This document shows, in pieces, positions 27,503-35,842 of a DNA stretch of 64,000 nt; position 1 is the first letter of the stretch; each line of letters starts with the position of its first letter. The DNA is from Candidatus Aenigmatarchaeota archaeon (GTDB lineage: Archaea; Aenigmatarchaeota; Aenigmatarchaeia; Aenigmatarchaeales; Aenigmatarchaeaceae), in assembly GCA_043802485.1 (NCBI GenBank), contig JAZDKZ010000007.1, positions 50,457 through 114,456 of the forward strand. Direction: 5' to 3'. The position numbers and the translations under genes are program-made. The notes beneath the pieces are model-generated. The model did not search any database. It had not been told where the DNA came from and saw nothing but the letters and a program-made list of their open reading frames with translations.

Positions 27503-28375
27503 ATGGACCTATGGCAGACACTCAAGCAGCTATCCTTCAAGTTCTTTGGAAGAAGTCTAGAACCCTTTATCAATTATTTTGACAGCATAAAGCCTGACCT
27601 GATAAGAGCAAACATCGGCCTGAGCCTCCAGGAATACGTATACATAATGTTCTTTGTGATACTTGCCACATTCATTGTGGAGTTCCCGTTCATAGTCATA
27701 ATAACATCGCTTCTGCTCCGTGACGCAATAAATGCTTTCCTGCTATCATTCACACTTACTGTGGTCATACTGATAGTCCAGTTCTTTATTTTCTATACTT
27801 ATCCCAGCATGGTTGCTGGAAGGAGAAAAAAGAACATAGACTCGTCTCTGTCTTTTGCGACAACGTACATGGCGACTGTGGCCGCGTCAGGTGCCCCTCC
27901 CATCACAATGTTCAAGGTGATGGCAGAATTCAAGGACTATGGCGAGATATCACAGGAAATGGGCAAGATATACAGGGATGTTGAAGCTTTCGGGATGGAG
28001 CTTGTAGAGGCAATAAGGAAAACGGCAAGCAGGACGCCTTCTGAGGAGCTGAAAGAATTGTTGTGGGGCCTGGAGACAACACTGTCAAGCGGAGGGAACG
28101 TCGGAGACTTTCTGCACGAGAAATCAAGACTCTTCATAGCAGAGTACAGAAGAAGGCTGGAAAAGTATTCAAATACACTGTCGATGCTAATAGAAGTTTA
28201 TCTTACTGTTGTGCTCATCGGTTCCATTTTTTTCATAATCATGACAGCGCTCATGTCAATCATAGGAGGAAGTTCGGGCACGTTCATGATGTTTTTGCAG
28301 TTCGCAGTAATTTTCCTAGTGCTGCCATTCGTTTCAATAGGGTTCATTTTATTGGTTAAGACGATATCGCCTTAA
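27503..28375 (+). CDS. Pilus platform membrane protein, TadB/FlaJ N-terminal-half-like (T2SS-F domain)
   Basis: Polytopic membrane protein with the cytoplasmic helical T2SSF-like domain (SLSFATTYMATVAASGAPPITMFKVMA...) immediately after the ATPase gene. Confidence 0.6.
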   Translation: MDLWQTLKQLSFKFFGRSLEPFINYFDSIKPDLIRANIGLSLQEYVYIMFFVILATFIVEFPFIVIITSLLLRDAINAFLLSFTLTVVILIVQFFIFYTYPSMVAGRRKKNIDSSLSFATTYMATVAASGAPPITMFKVMAEFKDYGEISQEMGKIYRDVEAFGMELVEAIRKTASRTPSEELKELLWGLETTLSSGGNVGDFLHEKSRLFIAEYRRRLEKYSNTLSMLIEVYLTVVLIGSIFFIIMTALMSIIGGSSGTFMMFLQFAVIFLVLPFVSIGFILLVKTISP

Positions 28376-28377
28376 GC

Positions 28378-29364
28378 GTGAGAAAGATGAAAAAGAAAAG
28401 CGACAAAAAGTTCGATGTCAAGGAAATCGTGTCAAACATAAAGCCGACGCAGATACCGTTCATAGTGGCCGGCTTTATCATACTTCTAGGGCTGGCTTTC
28501 TACCAGAACGTCGGTGTGATGTGGAACCTGATTGTGCTGGGCATAATAATCGCAGTGGCGCCCTACGCTCTCATAACCTATTTCGAGTATGCAAAGATCA
28601 AAGCGATAGAAGACCAGCTGCCAATATTCCTGCTAGACCTAGCCGAATCGCAAAAGGTCGGCCTAACTCTGCACGAGTCCCTGAAGCAGGCATCCAAAGT
28701 GGACTATGGCAAGCTGTCGCCCGAGATAAAGAAGGTCTACCACCAGCTTTCGTGGGGCATAAGGGTGCAGGACGTGTTCGAAAACTTTTCAAAGAGGATG
28801 AAAAAATCAAAGCTGATATCAAGAGTAGTGAGCATAATCAACGAGACGTATATTTCTGGGGGCGACATCGGAAGGACAATGGAATCCACTGCCTCTGACA
28901 TAACAGCCATAAACGAGGCTGAGAAGGAAAGAAGGTCGGTGACATCACAGCACACTTTCATCATGTACGCGATATACTTCATCTTCATAGGGATAGTCGT
29001 GGGCCTATCCCAAACGCTAATACCTCTCCTCAGCATCGGAGCTGAAGGGCAGGCGGCAGGAGGCATTGGAGGCATATTCTCTTTCGAGGACCCATGCATA
29101 CAGTGCGAGGGCTCCAACGATATACTCTGCATAAACTGCCCTATCTTCTCTGTAGTATGCCAGATGCTGGACCTTGAGTCTGGAGGAACTTGCTACTACA
29201 ATGCCCTGTTCGTTCTGATGGCAGTGGTCCAGGGCATATTCTCGGGCCTGGTCGCAGGACAGATAGGGGAAGGCTCTGTATCAGCCGGCTTGAAGCACAG
29301 CCTGATAATGACAATATGCGGCTTCAGTGCTTTGGTGATACTGCTGAAATTCGGGTTTATGTGA
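28378..29364 (+). CDS. Pilus platform membrane protein, TadC/FlaJ C-terminal-half-like, with a 6-Cys inserted loop
   Basis: Second T2SSF-like domain (IPIFLLDLAESQKVGLTLHESLKQASK...). Unusual Cys cluster EDPCIQCEGSNDILCINCPIFSVVCQ in a predicted loop. Confidence 0.6.
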   Translation: MRKMKKKSDKKFDVKEIVSNIKPTQIPFIVAGFIILLGLAFYQNVGVMWNLIVLGIIIAVAPYALITYFEYAKIKAIEDQLPIFLLDLAESQKVGLTLHESLKQASKVDYGKLSPEIKKVYHQLSWGIRVQDVFENFSKRMKKSKLISRVVSIINETYISGGDIGRTMESTASDITAINEAEKERRSVTSQHTFIMYAIYFIFIGIVVGLSQTLIPLLSIGAEGQAAGGIGGIFSFEDPCIQCEGSNDILCINCPIFSVVCQMLDLESGGTCYYNALFVLMAVVQGIFSGLVAGQIGEGSVSAGLKHSLIMTICGFSALVILLKFGFM

Positions 29365-29368
29365 TGTT

Positions 29369-29788
29369 ATGAAAGGCCAAATGAGAATCGAGTTCATTGC
29401 AGGGATATTGATATTCGTCATAATAATAGTCTTCATTGTCAACCAGACCAACATAACTTTCTCAAACCTCCTGACCGATTCTAGGGCAGACATACTGAAA
29501 GCAAAGGCTTTGAACTCGATAACAATACTCACGGAGGACGTAGGAAACGATAGGATCGGTCTGGCAACAGCGCCGCTGGAACTTTCGATGGTAAAGATAA
29601 ACAATCTTGATGCAAACTGCCAACTGCTGGAAGACTTTGAACTGGGATCATACAGGCTAAAGATTTACAATTCCACAAGCATGATACTTTTCTGTGGCTA
29701 CGAAATGTCATCGCCGCCAAGGTCGATAGAAACCAGGTACGTAAAAATAGGGAACGATTATGGAAACGTAACATTGGAGTTGTGGTAA
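29369..29788 (+). CDS. Pilin-like protein (class III signal)
   Basis: MKG|QMRIEFIAGILIFVIIIVFIV. Confidence 0.5.
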   Translation: MKGQMRIEFIAGILIFVIIIVFIVNQTNITFSNLLTDSRADILKAKALNSITILTEDVGNDRIGLATAPLELSMVKINNLDANCQLLEDFELGSYRLKIYNSTSMILFCGYEMSSPPRSIETRYVKIGNDYGNVTLELW

Positions 29789-30913
29789 ATGAAAGGCTTT
29801 GTATACCTGCTGGAGATAGCCGTGACGTCCATACTCATAGTGGTGATACTAAGCACGTTCTTCGGGATAAGAGTGAAGCAGAACTGGGACACCTCTGACT
29901 TGATAGGCGTAGGCAACAACATAATAAACTACCTAGACAAGGACGAAAGCTTCTTCCTGAAAGTTCTTGAAAAGAATTTCACCTACATCGAAAGCACAAA
30001 GCCTGCCAACATAGGCTACGGTGTTAAGGTAAGGGGCTCCCCAAAAACAGAGATAATCGTTGGATGCACGCAGTCTCCTCTCTACCAATACACAGAAAGC
30101 ATTCTTACTCCCGCATATGTCAACAACAGGTTCATCACATTCATTATGGAGGATTATGACATAAGGAATGACATACCAAACCATCTTGACGCCATTGTCC
30201 TTATCAACTTTACAAACTATACGATAGAGAAGGATAAGATACTGAAATATCTTGACGAGGGCGGTGTTGTCATCGGGATAAATGCAACCAATGTAAACAA
30301 CAACGCTGATTTCAACGAAATATTCGGTCTATCATCTCCGGGATTCCCGAGCGGTGCGAACACATTCGTTCCATATAATCCTTCAAAAGAGGATGTGGAA
30401 AAGTACTTTATGGGAATAGGCTTCGATGTTACGGATGAATGGTACATATGGGAAGAGCGATGGACAGTCACATATGGTTCAAATTACATAAATGTATCAA
30501 AGGGTGGCGAGGAAAGAAACTTCCTGAATAAAGGAGAAACGTTTGACTTGAACGGCCACACGTTCAAGGTGAACAGAATAGGTTCTGGAGAAGCCAACAT
30601 CCAAGCTACCAGAACAGGATTCATCTTTGAAGATTTTTCTGATTTAAATGATGTGCAGGGCAATAAGATAGTGGGACCTGGAAGCGCAGCATCAATGGCG
30701 TCCAACGGGAAGGCGATATGGATATCTGACTTTCCCTGGAGCGACGAGTACAGAACCCTGGTAAAGTCTGCCATAATCTCGAGAAACGACGAGTGGACTG
30801 CCAGAGGAGTTTACACGACAAGGGAAACCACGACAGTTTCATCGTTCTTTTCCCTTTGCTGCGACATGACCGAGGTCTCGGAACTAGAGTTAACATTGTG
30901 GTATGTGGTATGA
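29789..30913 (+). CDS. Large pilin-like or pilus-associated protein (class III signal + 340-aa extracellular domain)
   Basis: MKG|FVYLLEIAVTSILIVVILSTFFG; several NxT/S sequons. Confidence 0.5.
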   Translation: MKGFVYLLEIAVTSILIVVILSTFFGIRVKQNWDTSDLIGVGNNIINYLDKDESFFLKVLEKNFTYIESTKPANIGYGVKVRGSPKTEIIVGCTQSPLYQYTESILTPAYVNNRFITFIMEDYDIRNDIPNHLDAIVLINFTNYTIEKDKILKYLDEGGVVIGINATNVNNNADFNEIFGLSSPGFPSGANTFVPYNPSKEDVEKYFMGIGFDVTDEWYIWEERWTVTYGSNYINVSKGGEERNFLNKGETFDLNGHTFKVNRIGSGEANIQATRTGFIFEDFSDLNDVQGNKIVGPGSAASMASNGKAIWISDFPWSDEYRTLVKSAIISRNDEWTARGVYTTRETTTVSSFFSLCCDMTEVSELELTLWYVV

Positions 30914-31542
30914 AATTCTGTTTCGTATGTGGGAAGAAGACTAACGAGCTTGTAGACGGGTACTGTGAAGACTGCTACAATGACAAGTTTAGCCTGCTGA
31001 AAGTGCCGAAGGAATTGACTGTCAAGATGTGCACCAGGTGCAACATGATAAAGCACAGGAACAGGTGGATGGATATAAAGGTAGAGGACGTCCTGAGAGA
31101 CAAGATAGAAGTTCTTGGTAGGGCGGTGGACCTGAAGATAGATATTGATGACAATATAACGATAAAGGCTAAAGGCTTTCTAAAGGATTGCAAGAAATCA
31201 AAAAAGGAAAGCTATGACATAAGGCTGAAAATAAACAAGATAGTATGCCCCACATGCTCCAGAGCCTCTGGAGGGTACTATGAGGCAATAATACAGTTGA
31301 GAGGAAAAACAGAAGAAGCCATGGATTTCCTGGTCGACCAGGCTGTCAAGGAACAGAAAAACTACAGAGCAGAACAGAAAGGCAGATGTTTCGACGTGTA
31401 CATCATGGACAAGCACTTTGCCAACAGCGTAGCAAACGCGATGATAAAGAGATTCAAGGCCAGAATCAAGAAGAGTTTCAGGATTGTCACGAAAAAAGAA
31501 GGGAAAGATATTTATAGGAGCGTAATTGTAGTAAGGATTTAG
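30910..31542 (+). CDS. NMD3-family protein (archaeal homolog of the 60S export adaptor), short form
   Basis: N-terminal double CxxC zinc-binding MKFCFVCGKKTNELVDGYCEDCY ... CTRCNMIK ... CPTCSRASGGYYEAIIQLRG is typical of the NMD3 N-domain. Start chosen at the ATG that overlaps the upstream TGA (ATGA); the ORF-track N-terminal extension is unlikely. Confidence 0.45.
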   Translation: MKFCFVCGKKTNELVDGYCEDCYNDKFSLLKVPKELTVKMCTRCNMIKHRNRWMDIKVEDVLRDKIEVLGRAVDLKIDIDDNITIKAKGFLKDCKKSKKESYDIRLKINKIVCPTCSRASGGYYEAIIQLRGKTEEAMDFLVDQAVKEQKNYRAEQKGRCFDVYIMDKHFANSVANAMIKRFKARIKKSFRIVTKKEGKDIYRSVIVVRI

Positions 31543-31549
31543 TGTTTGA

Positions 31550-31852
31550 ATGGAAGAGGAAGTAATAAGAGTAAGAACGCCTAGGGAAGGGGAAGTACTG
31601 GGAATAGTTCTGGCTCTTTTAGGTGGCGGCAGGATGGAAGTCAGCTGCAACGACGGCCTGACAAGAATCTGCAGGATACCGGGGCGCATGAGGAGAAGAA
31701 TGTGGATAAAGCCAGGCTATCTTGTCCTTGTGCAACCGTGGGTGGTCCAGGCAGATGAGAGAGCCGACGTGATATGGAAGTACTCCAAGGCGCAGTCCGA
31801 ATGGCTGCAAAAGAAAGGCTTTCTGAAGAAGATATCGCTTGACAGCGTCTGA
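31550..31852 (+). CDS. eif1a: Translation initiation factor aIF-1A
   Basis: EVIRVRTPREGEVLGIV...LGGGRMEVSCNDGLTRICRIPGRMRRRMWIKPGYLVLVQPW is the canonical S1-like OB fold of aIF-1A/eIF-1A. Confidence 0.85.
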   Translation: MEEEVIRVRTPREGEVLGIVLALLGGGRMEVSCNDGLTRICRIPGRMRRRMWIKPGYLVLVQPWVVQADERADVIWKYSKAQSEWLQKKGFLKKISLDSV

Positions 31853-31889
31853 TTTTTTAATAATCAATTCTAAATAACTTTGTGGTCAT

Positions 31890-32177
31890 TTGCCCAAAAA
31901 AATCTACGATTATCCTGAAGAGGACAAGCTGGAAATTCTGATTCTGACGAATTCCCCCTGCACCCCGTCCGATATTCTGAAGCTGAGAAAAATACCGGTA
32001 AAACCGGACACGCTGGAGACTATAAAGAAAAGGATGGACGCCCTTTGCAGCAAGGGATTAGCAAAGAAGCGGACAATCTCAAAGGCCAACGTCTACTGGC
32101 ACATTAGCATAGAGGAGTACAAGAAAAAGGTCCTCTCGGAAGCGATAAACAAACTGATAAAGGCCAGAAGCAAGTGA
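31890..32177 (+). CDS. Small hypothetical protein, possible wHTH
   Basis: 95 aa, basic; no confident motif. Confidence 0.3.
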   Translation: MPKKIYDYPEEDKLEILILTNSPCTPSDILKLRKIPVKPDTLETIKKRMDALCSKGLAKKRTISKANVYWHISIEEYKKKVLSEAINKLIKARSK

Positions 32178-32672
32178 TCATGTCTTTGCCTGCTGAAGGA
32201 AGCCGTAGACTTTGGAGTGCTTCGAGCCCCTTAATATCATGCTGACCGCTTCCCTTGCTACGCCAATCTGCTCATACTTTCCTATTATGGATATGGTCTT
32301 GCCGTAGACAGAGACTGAGCAGCCGCTGAAGCGTTCTATCATTCTCCTGGCCTTGCCATTGGTTCCGATCATCCTAGACCTTATCAGCTTTATCTTGTTG
32401 TCCCTCATGCCTGAAAGCTCTACAATATCAAGAGCCTCGTCCTCGTCGAACAGCCTAAAGGCCTTCTTGGGAGAAAACCCCCTGGCAATAGCCTTTGTTA
32501 CAGTCTTTGCCTGGAAAAGGTTCAGACCCTCGCCGTTGATTTCAACAAGGTTGCCATCAAAACTGAACTTTACGTCATACTCCTTCTCTATCGCCTCCCT
32601 GGCAGGCTTGTCCTTGATGACACGTATCCTGTCCATGGGAACCAGCAAGGTCTCTAAAATTTTTATCACCAA
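32178..32672 (-). CDS. KH-domain RNA-binding protein (aDim2/Pno1-like)
   Basis: Two KH-like segments with GxxG-type loops (IGTNGKARRMIE; VIGKYEQIGVAREAV); 164 aa. Confidence 0.6.
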   Translation of the reverse strand: MVIKILETLLVPMDRIRVIKDKPAREAIEKEYDVKFSFDGNLVEINGEGLNLFQAKTVTKAIARGFSPKKAFRLFDEDEALDIVELSGMRDNKIKLIRSRMIGTNGKARRMIERFSGCSVSVYGKTISIIGKYEQIGVAREAVSMILRGSKHSKVYGFLQQAKT

Positions 32673-32830
32673 TTAAACTTTTTCTTTCACACCTATTAAA
32701 ATGTTGATATTAACGCAAAAACTAATTTATACTAGAGACGAGTATATCTATTAGAAAACAAAACTTGGCTTCTAGAGTCGGAAAAACTTTAAAAGTAACA
32801 ACTCCAAAATAAATTGAATCAAGTGATAAG

Positions 32831-34393
32831 ATGGAAGGAAAGACGGTAGGCGCTGACGAGCTCTCAAAGAATCTCAAAGAGATATCTGTTGCAGAATTCT
32901 TCGAAAAGAACAGGCACCTGCTGGGCTATGAGAACACCACTAAATCCATGCTCACCGTGATAAAGGAGCTGGTGGACAACTCCATCGACGCATGCGAGGA
33001 GGCCAGGATACTTCCTGACATAAAGGTTTCTGTCAAACCGACAGAAGAAAACAAGTACCGAATAGAAGTAGAGGACAACGGACCTGGCATAGTTGAGGAG
33101 AAGCTGCACCTGGCATTCGGCAAGCTGCTGTACGGCAGCAAGTTCCACAGGTTGAGGCAGGCAAGGGGAACGCAGGGCATCGGGGTCTCAGGAGCCATAT
33201 TATATTCGCAACTCACGACAGGAAGGACGACCAAACTGATTTCAAGCACAGGAAAGGACATCATAGAGCTGGACATGACCATCGACGTCGTGAGAAACCA
33301 GCCTCACATCATTTCTTCCAAGAAGACGAAGAACCCTGACAAGTGGCACGGCATAAAGATAGAACTGGAGATCGAGGGAAGGTACATTGAAAAGGGCCAG
33401 TCCATTCCAGAGTACCTGAAGCAGACAGCCATAATGAACCCTTATGCTAAAATAGTCTATGACGGACCGAACGGCAAGACTGTATTCTCAAGAGCAACGC
33501 AAGAGATGCCCAAGCTGCCGAAGGAGATAAAGCCGCACCCATACGGGGTGGAGCTGGGCATCCTGAGAAGGATGGCAAGGACATCAAAAGACAAGAACAT
33601 GAAGACTTTCTTGAGAAAGAACTTTTCAAGAATAGGCAGCTCTTCCGCCGACCAGATACTGAAGCTGGCAAAGATAGACGAGAAGATAAAGCCTTCAGAA
33701 CTCAGACACCAAGACATCGTCGGCCTGCACAAGTCCATGCAGAAGGTAAAGCTAATTGCTCCCTCAACCGACTGCCTATCGCAGCTGGGAGAGAACCTGA
33801 TAGAGAAAGGCCTGAAGAAGGAAATACAGGCAGAGCACTTTGTGTCAATAACAAGGTCTCCCACAGTCTACCAGGGAAGACCCTTTGCAGTAGAGGTCGG
33901 CCTGGCCTATGGCGGCGATCTCAATGCAAAGAACTCTGCAGAGCTGCTCAGGTTTGCCAACAAGGTCCCACTCATGTACCACCAGGGCGACTGCGCAATA
34001 TCAGATGCTGTGAAAAGCCTTGACTGGAGAAGGTACGGTCTACAGCAGTCATCCGGCTCGATGCCCAACGGCCCTATGATAATTCTAGTTCATTTCGCAT
34101 CAGTCTGGGTGCCCTTCACATCAGAAGGCAAGCAGGCAATAGCAAGCTATCCGGAAATAATAAAGGAGATCAAACTGGCCCTGCAGGATGCAGGAAGGAA
34201 GCTGAAGACATTCATCTCTAAAAAGAGAAGAAACAAAGAGATTGCGATGAGGCAGAACCTCTTCGAAAAGTACATACCAGAGGTTGCGGAGAGCCTGGAA
34301 AAGCTGTCAGGAGAGAAGAAGGAGAAGATAATAAAGGGTCTGGAAAAGATTCTAAAGAATGAGGATGAAAATGGTGAAAAAAAGAAAAGCTGA
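32831..34393 (+). CDS. top6B: DNA topoisomerase VI subunit B
   Basis: Bergerat GHKL ATPase motifs ELVDNSIDA, DNGPGI, GTQGIGVSGA; transducer domain; 520 aa. Confidence 0.9.
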   Translation: MEGKTVGADELSKNLKEISVAEFFEKNRHLLGYENTTKSMLTVIKELVDNSIDACEEARILPDIKVSVKPTEENKYRIEVEDNGPGIVEEKLHLAFGKLLYGSKFHRLRQARGTQGIGVSGAILYSQLTTGRTTKLISSTGKDIIELDMTIDVVRNQPHIISSKKTKNPDKWHGIKIELEIEGRYIEKGQSIPEYLKQTAIMNPYAKIVYDGPNGKTVFSRATQEMPKLPKEIKPHPYGVELGILRRMARTSKDKNMKTFLRKNFSRIGSSSADQILKLAKIDEKIKPSELRHQDIVGLHKSMQKVKLIAPSTDCLSQLGENLIEKGLKKEIQAEHFVSITRSPTVYQGRPFAVEVGLAYGGDLNAKNSAELLRFANKVPLMYHQGDCAISDAVKSLDWRRYGLQQSSGSMPNGPMIILVHFASVWVPFTSEGKQAIASYPEIIKEIKLALQDAGRKLKTFISKKRRNKEIAMRQNLFEKYIPEVAESLEKLSGEKKEKIIKGLEKILKNEDENGEKKKS

Positions 34394-35456
34394 TGAACAG
34401 CTCGTAAAGCTGGGTAAGGATATTGTAAAGGATATCGACCAGAAGAAGAACCCGTCGTTGGAGATACCTGTGAGGTCGTTGTCTAATACTATCTTCGACC
34501 AGAAGAGTAGGATACTGACCTTGGGGAACAGTACTTCAAAGAGATATTTCTTTAATGTTGCTCACATCAAAAAGTTCGTGCAGACCATAGAGGCTGCTGC
34601 AACTGCCAAGGAACTGGTGGAAGTTCAAAAGCACCTCAGCCTGAGAGAAGTCTACTACAGGATAAAGAGGACCCTGCCTGGTTCCAACATAGACCTTGTC
34701 GAGCATCAGGACGAGTCCAACAAGGCGATAGAGGACCTGGAGCTGATAACTTCCTTGTCAAGGGAGCAGATGCACATCAACGCCAACAAGATGGGCTCTG
34801 TTGCAGGCAATGTCATAGTAAAGGACAAGGGAGACCTCGTGAACTGGGCAAAGCTGGGCAGCGGCGGATGGTCTATACCTTCCAATGTGGAGGAGATAGA
34901 GTTCAAGAAGGTTGACGCCAAGTTCGTGATATACATGGAAAAGGCGGCCGAATGGGAGAGGCTGCATGAAGATAAGGTTTGGCAGAAGCTGAACTGCATA
35001 ATAATGTCATCCCAGGGCCAGTCGACAAGAGGCGTGAGAAGGCTGCTGCAGAGATTGAACCTGGAGCACAAGCTGCCCGTCTATGTGCTGACCGACTTTG
35101 ACCCGTGGGGATTCTACATCTACTCTGTCCTCAAGTTCGGGTCTATATCTTTGGCTCACATATCGGACAGGCTGACCATACCCAATGCAAGGTTCCTCGG
35201 TCTGACAGGAGAGGACATAAAAAACTTTGGCCTGGAGAAGCACATCATAAAGTTCAAGGACGTTGACGCCAAGAGGCTGAAGGACATGGGCAAGTACGAC
35301 TGGTTCAAGGACCACAAGGCATGGCAGAAACAGTTCCAACTCATGAAGAACATGAACGGCAAGGTGGAACTGGCAGCGCTGTCGTCAAAGGGCATATCGT
35401 TCATATCAGACGTCTACATCCCGAAGAAAATCAAGAACAATGAATGGATAAATTAG
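34359..35456 (+). CDS. top6A: DNA topoisomerase VI subunit A (Spo11 homolog)
   Basis: Toprim region YVLTDFDPWGFYIYSVLKFGS and the wHTH with catalytic Tyr region; overlaps top6B by 35 nt as usual. Confidence 0.9.
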   Translation: MRMKMVKKRKADEQLVKLGKDIVKDIDQKKNPSLEIPVRSLSNTIFDQKSRILTLGNSTSKRYFFNVAHIKKFVQTIEAAATAKELVEVQKHLSLREVYYRIKRTLPGSNIDLVEHQDESNKAIEDLELITSLSREQMHINANKMGSVAGNVIVKDKGDLVNWAKLGSGGWSIPSNVEEIEFKKVDAKFVIYMEKAAEWERLHEDKVWQKLNCIIMSSQGQSTRGVRRLLQRLNLEHKLPVYVLTDFDPWGFYIYSVLKFGSISLAHISDRLTIPNARFLGLTGEDIKNFGLEKHIIKFKDVDAKRLKDMGKYDWFKDHKAWQKQFQLMKNMNGKVELAALSSKGISFISDVYIPKKIKNNEWIN

Positions 35457-35517
35457 AATTTTTTTCTGAGAAAATTTTAGACATAATTTTATATATCAAA
35501 AAATGTTATTCTTAATT

Positions 35518-35539
35518 ACGAATAATAAAAATTATTCGT
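35518..35539. repeat. Perfect 9-bp inverted repeat ACGAATAAT-AAAA-ATTATTCGT downstream of top6A
   Basis: Arms are exact reverse complements; followed by a T-rich stretch (GATATTTTTC). Candidate operator or transcript 3'-end structure. Confidence 0.4.
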
Positions 35540-35569
35540 GATATTTTTCAAAAAATTGAGGTGTAAAAA

Positions 35570-35620
35570 ATGGCAGCAAAGAAGAAAGCAAAGAAAACAA
35601 CAAAGAAAAAGAAGAGATAG
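35570..35620 (+). CDS. Tiny ORF encoding a 16-aa poly-Lys peptide (MAAKKKAKKTTKKKKR) with a strong Shine-Dalgarno site
   Basis: ttGAGGTGtaaaaaATG has the same SD and spacer architecture as the thermosome and pilin genes in this window; extremely basic product. Confidence 0.3.
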   Translation: MAAKKKAKKTTKKKKR

Positions 35621-35739
35621 TGTTTCGTGATTTTTGACCCGATGCAAAGATGACGGTCCTTGACTTGTTTTTAACTTCCTTTTTTCTCGTCTTGATTTTT
35701 ACTCTTGTTCTTCGCTTGGTAAACAACATTAAAAAGCTT

Positions 35740-35747
35740 AAATATTA
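35740..35747 (+). promoter_or_regulatory. Putative TATA box (TTAAATAT) about 25 nt upstream of tRNA-Phe
   Basis: aagcTTAAATATtattatttc is centred near -26 relative to the tRNA 5' end. Confidence 0.35.
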
Positions 35748-35768
35748 TTATTTCTTTATCAGTTGTAT

Positions 35769-35842
35769 GGGACAGTAGCTCAGCCTGGGAGAGCGCACGG
35801 CTGAAGACCGTGATGTCGCGTGTTCAAATCACGCCTGTCCCA
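35769..35842 (+). tRNA. tRNA-Phe(GAA), 74 nt, no intron
   Basis: GGGACAG-TA-GCTC-AGCCTGGGA-GAGC-G-CACGG-CTGAAGA-CCGTG-ATGTC-GCGTG-TTCAAAT-CACGC-CTGTCCC-A. Confidence 0.9.

Noticed and set aside
30793-30909. N-terminal 39-aa extension of the NMD3-like ORF overlapping the pilin gene
   Set aside because: It overlaps the upstream gene in another frame and precedes a canonical ATGA coupling start at 30910.
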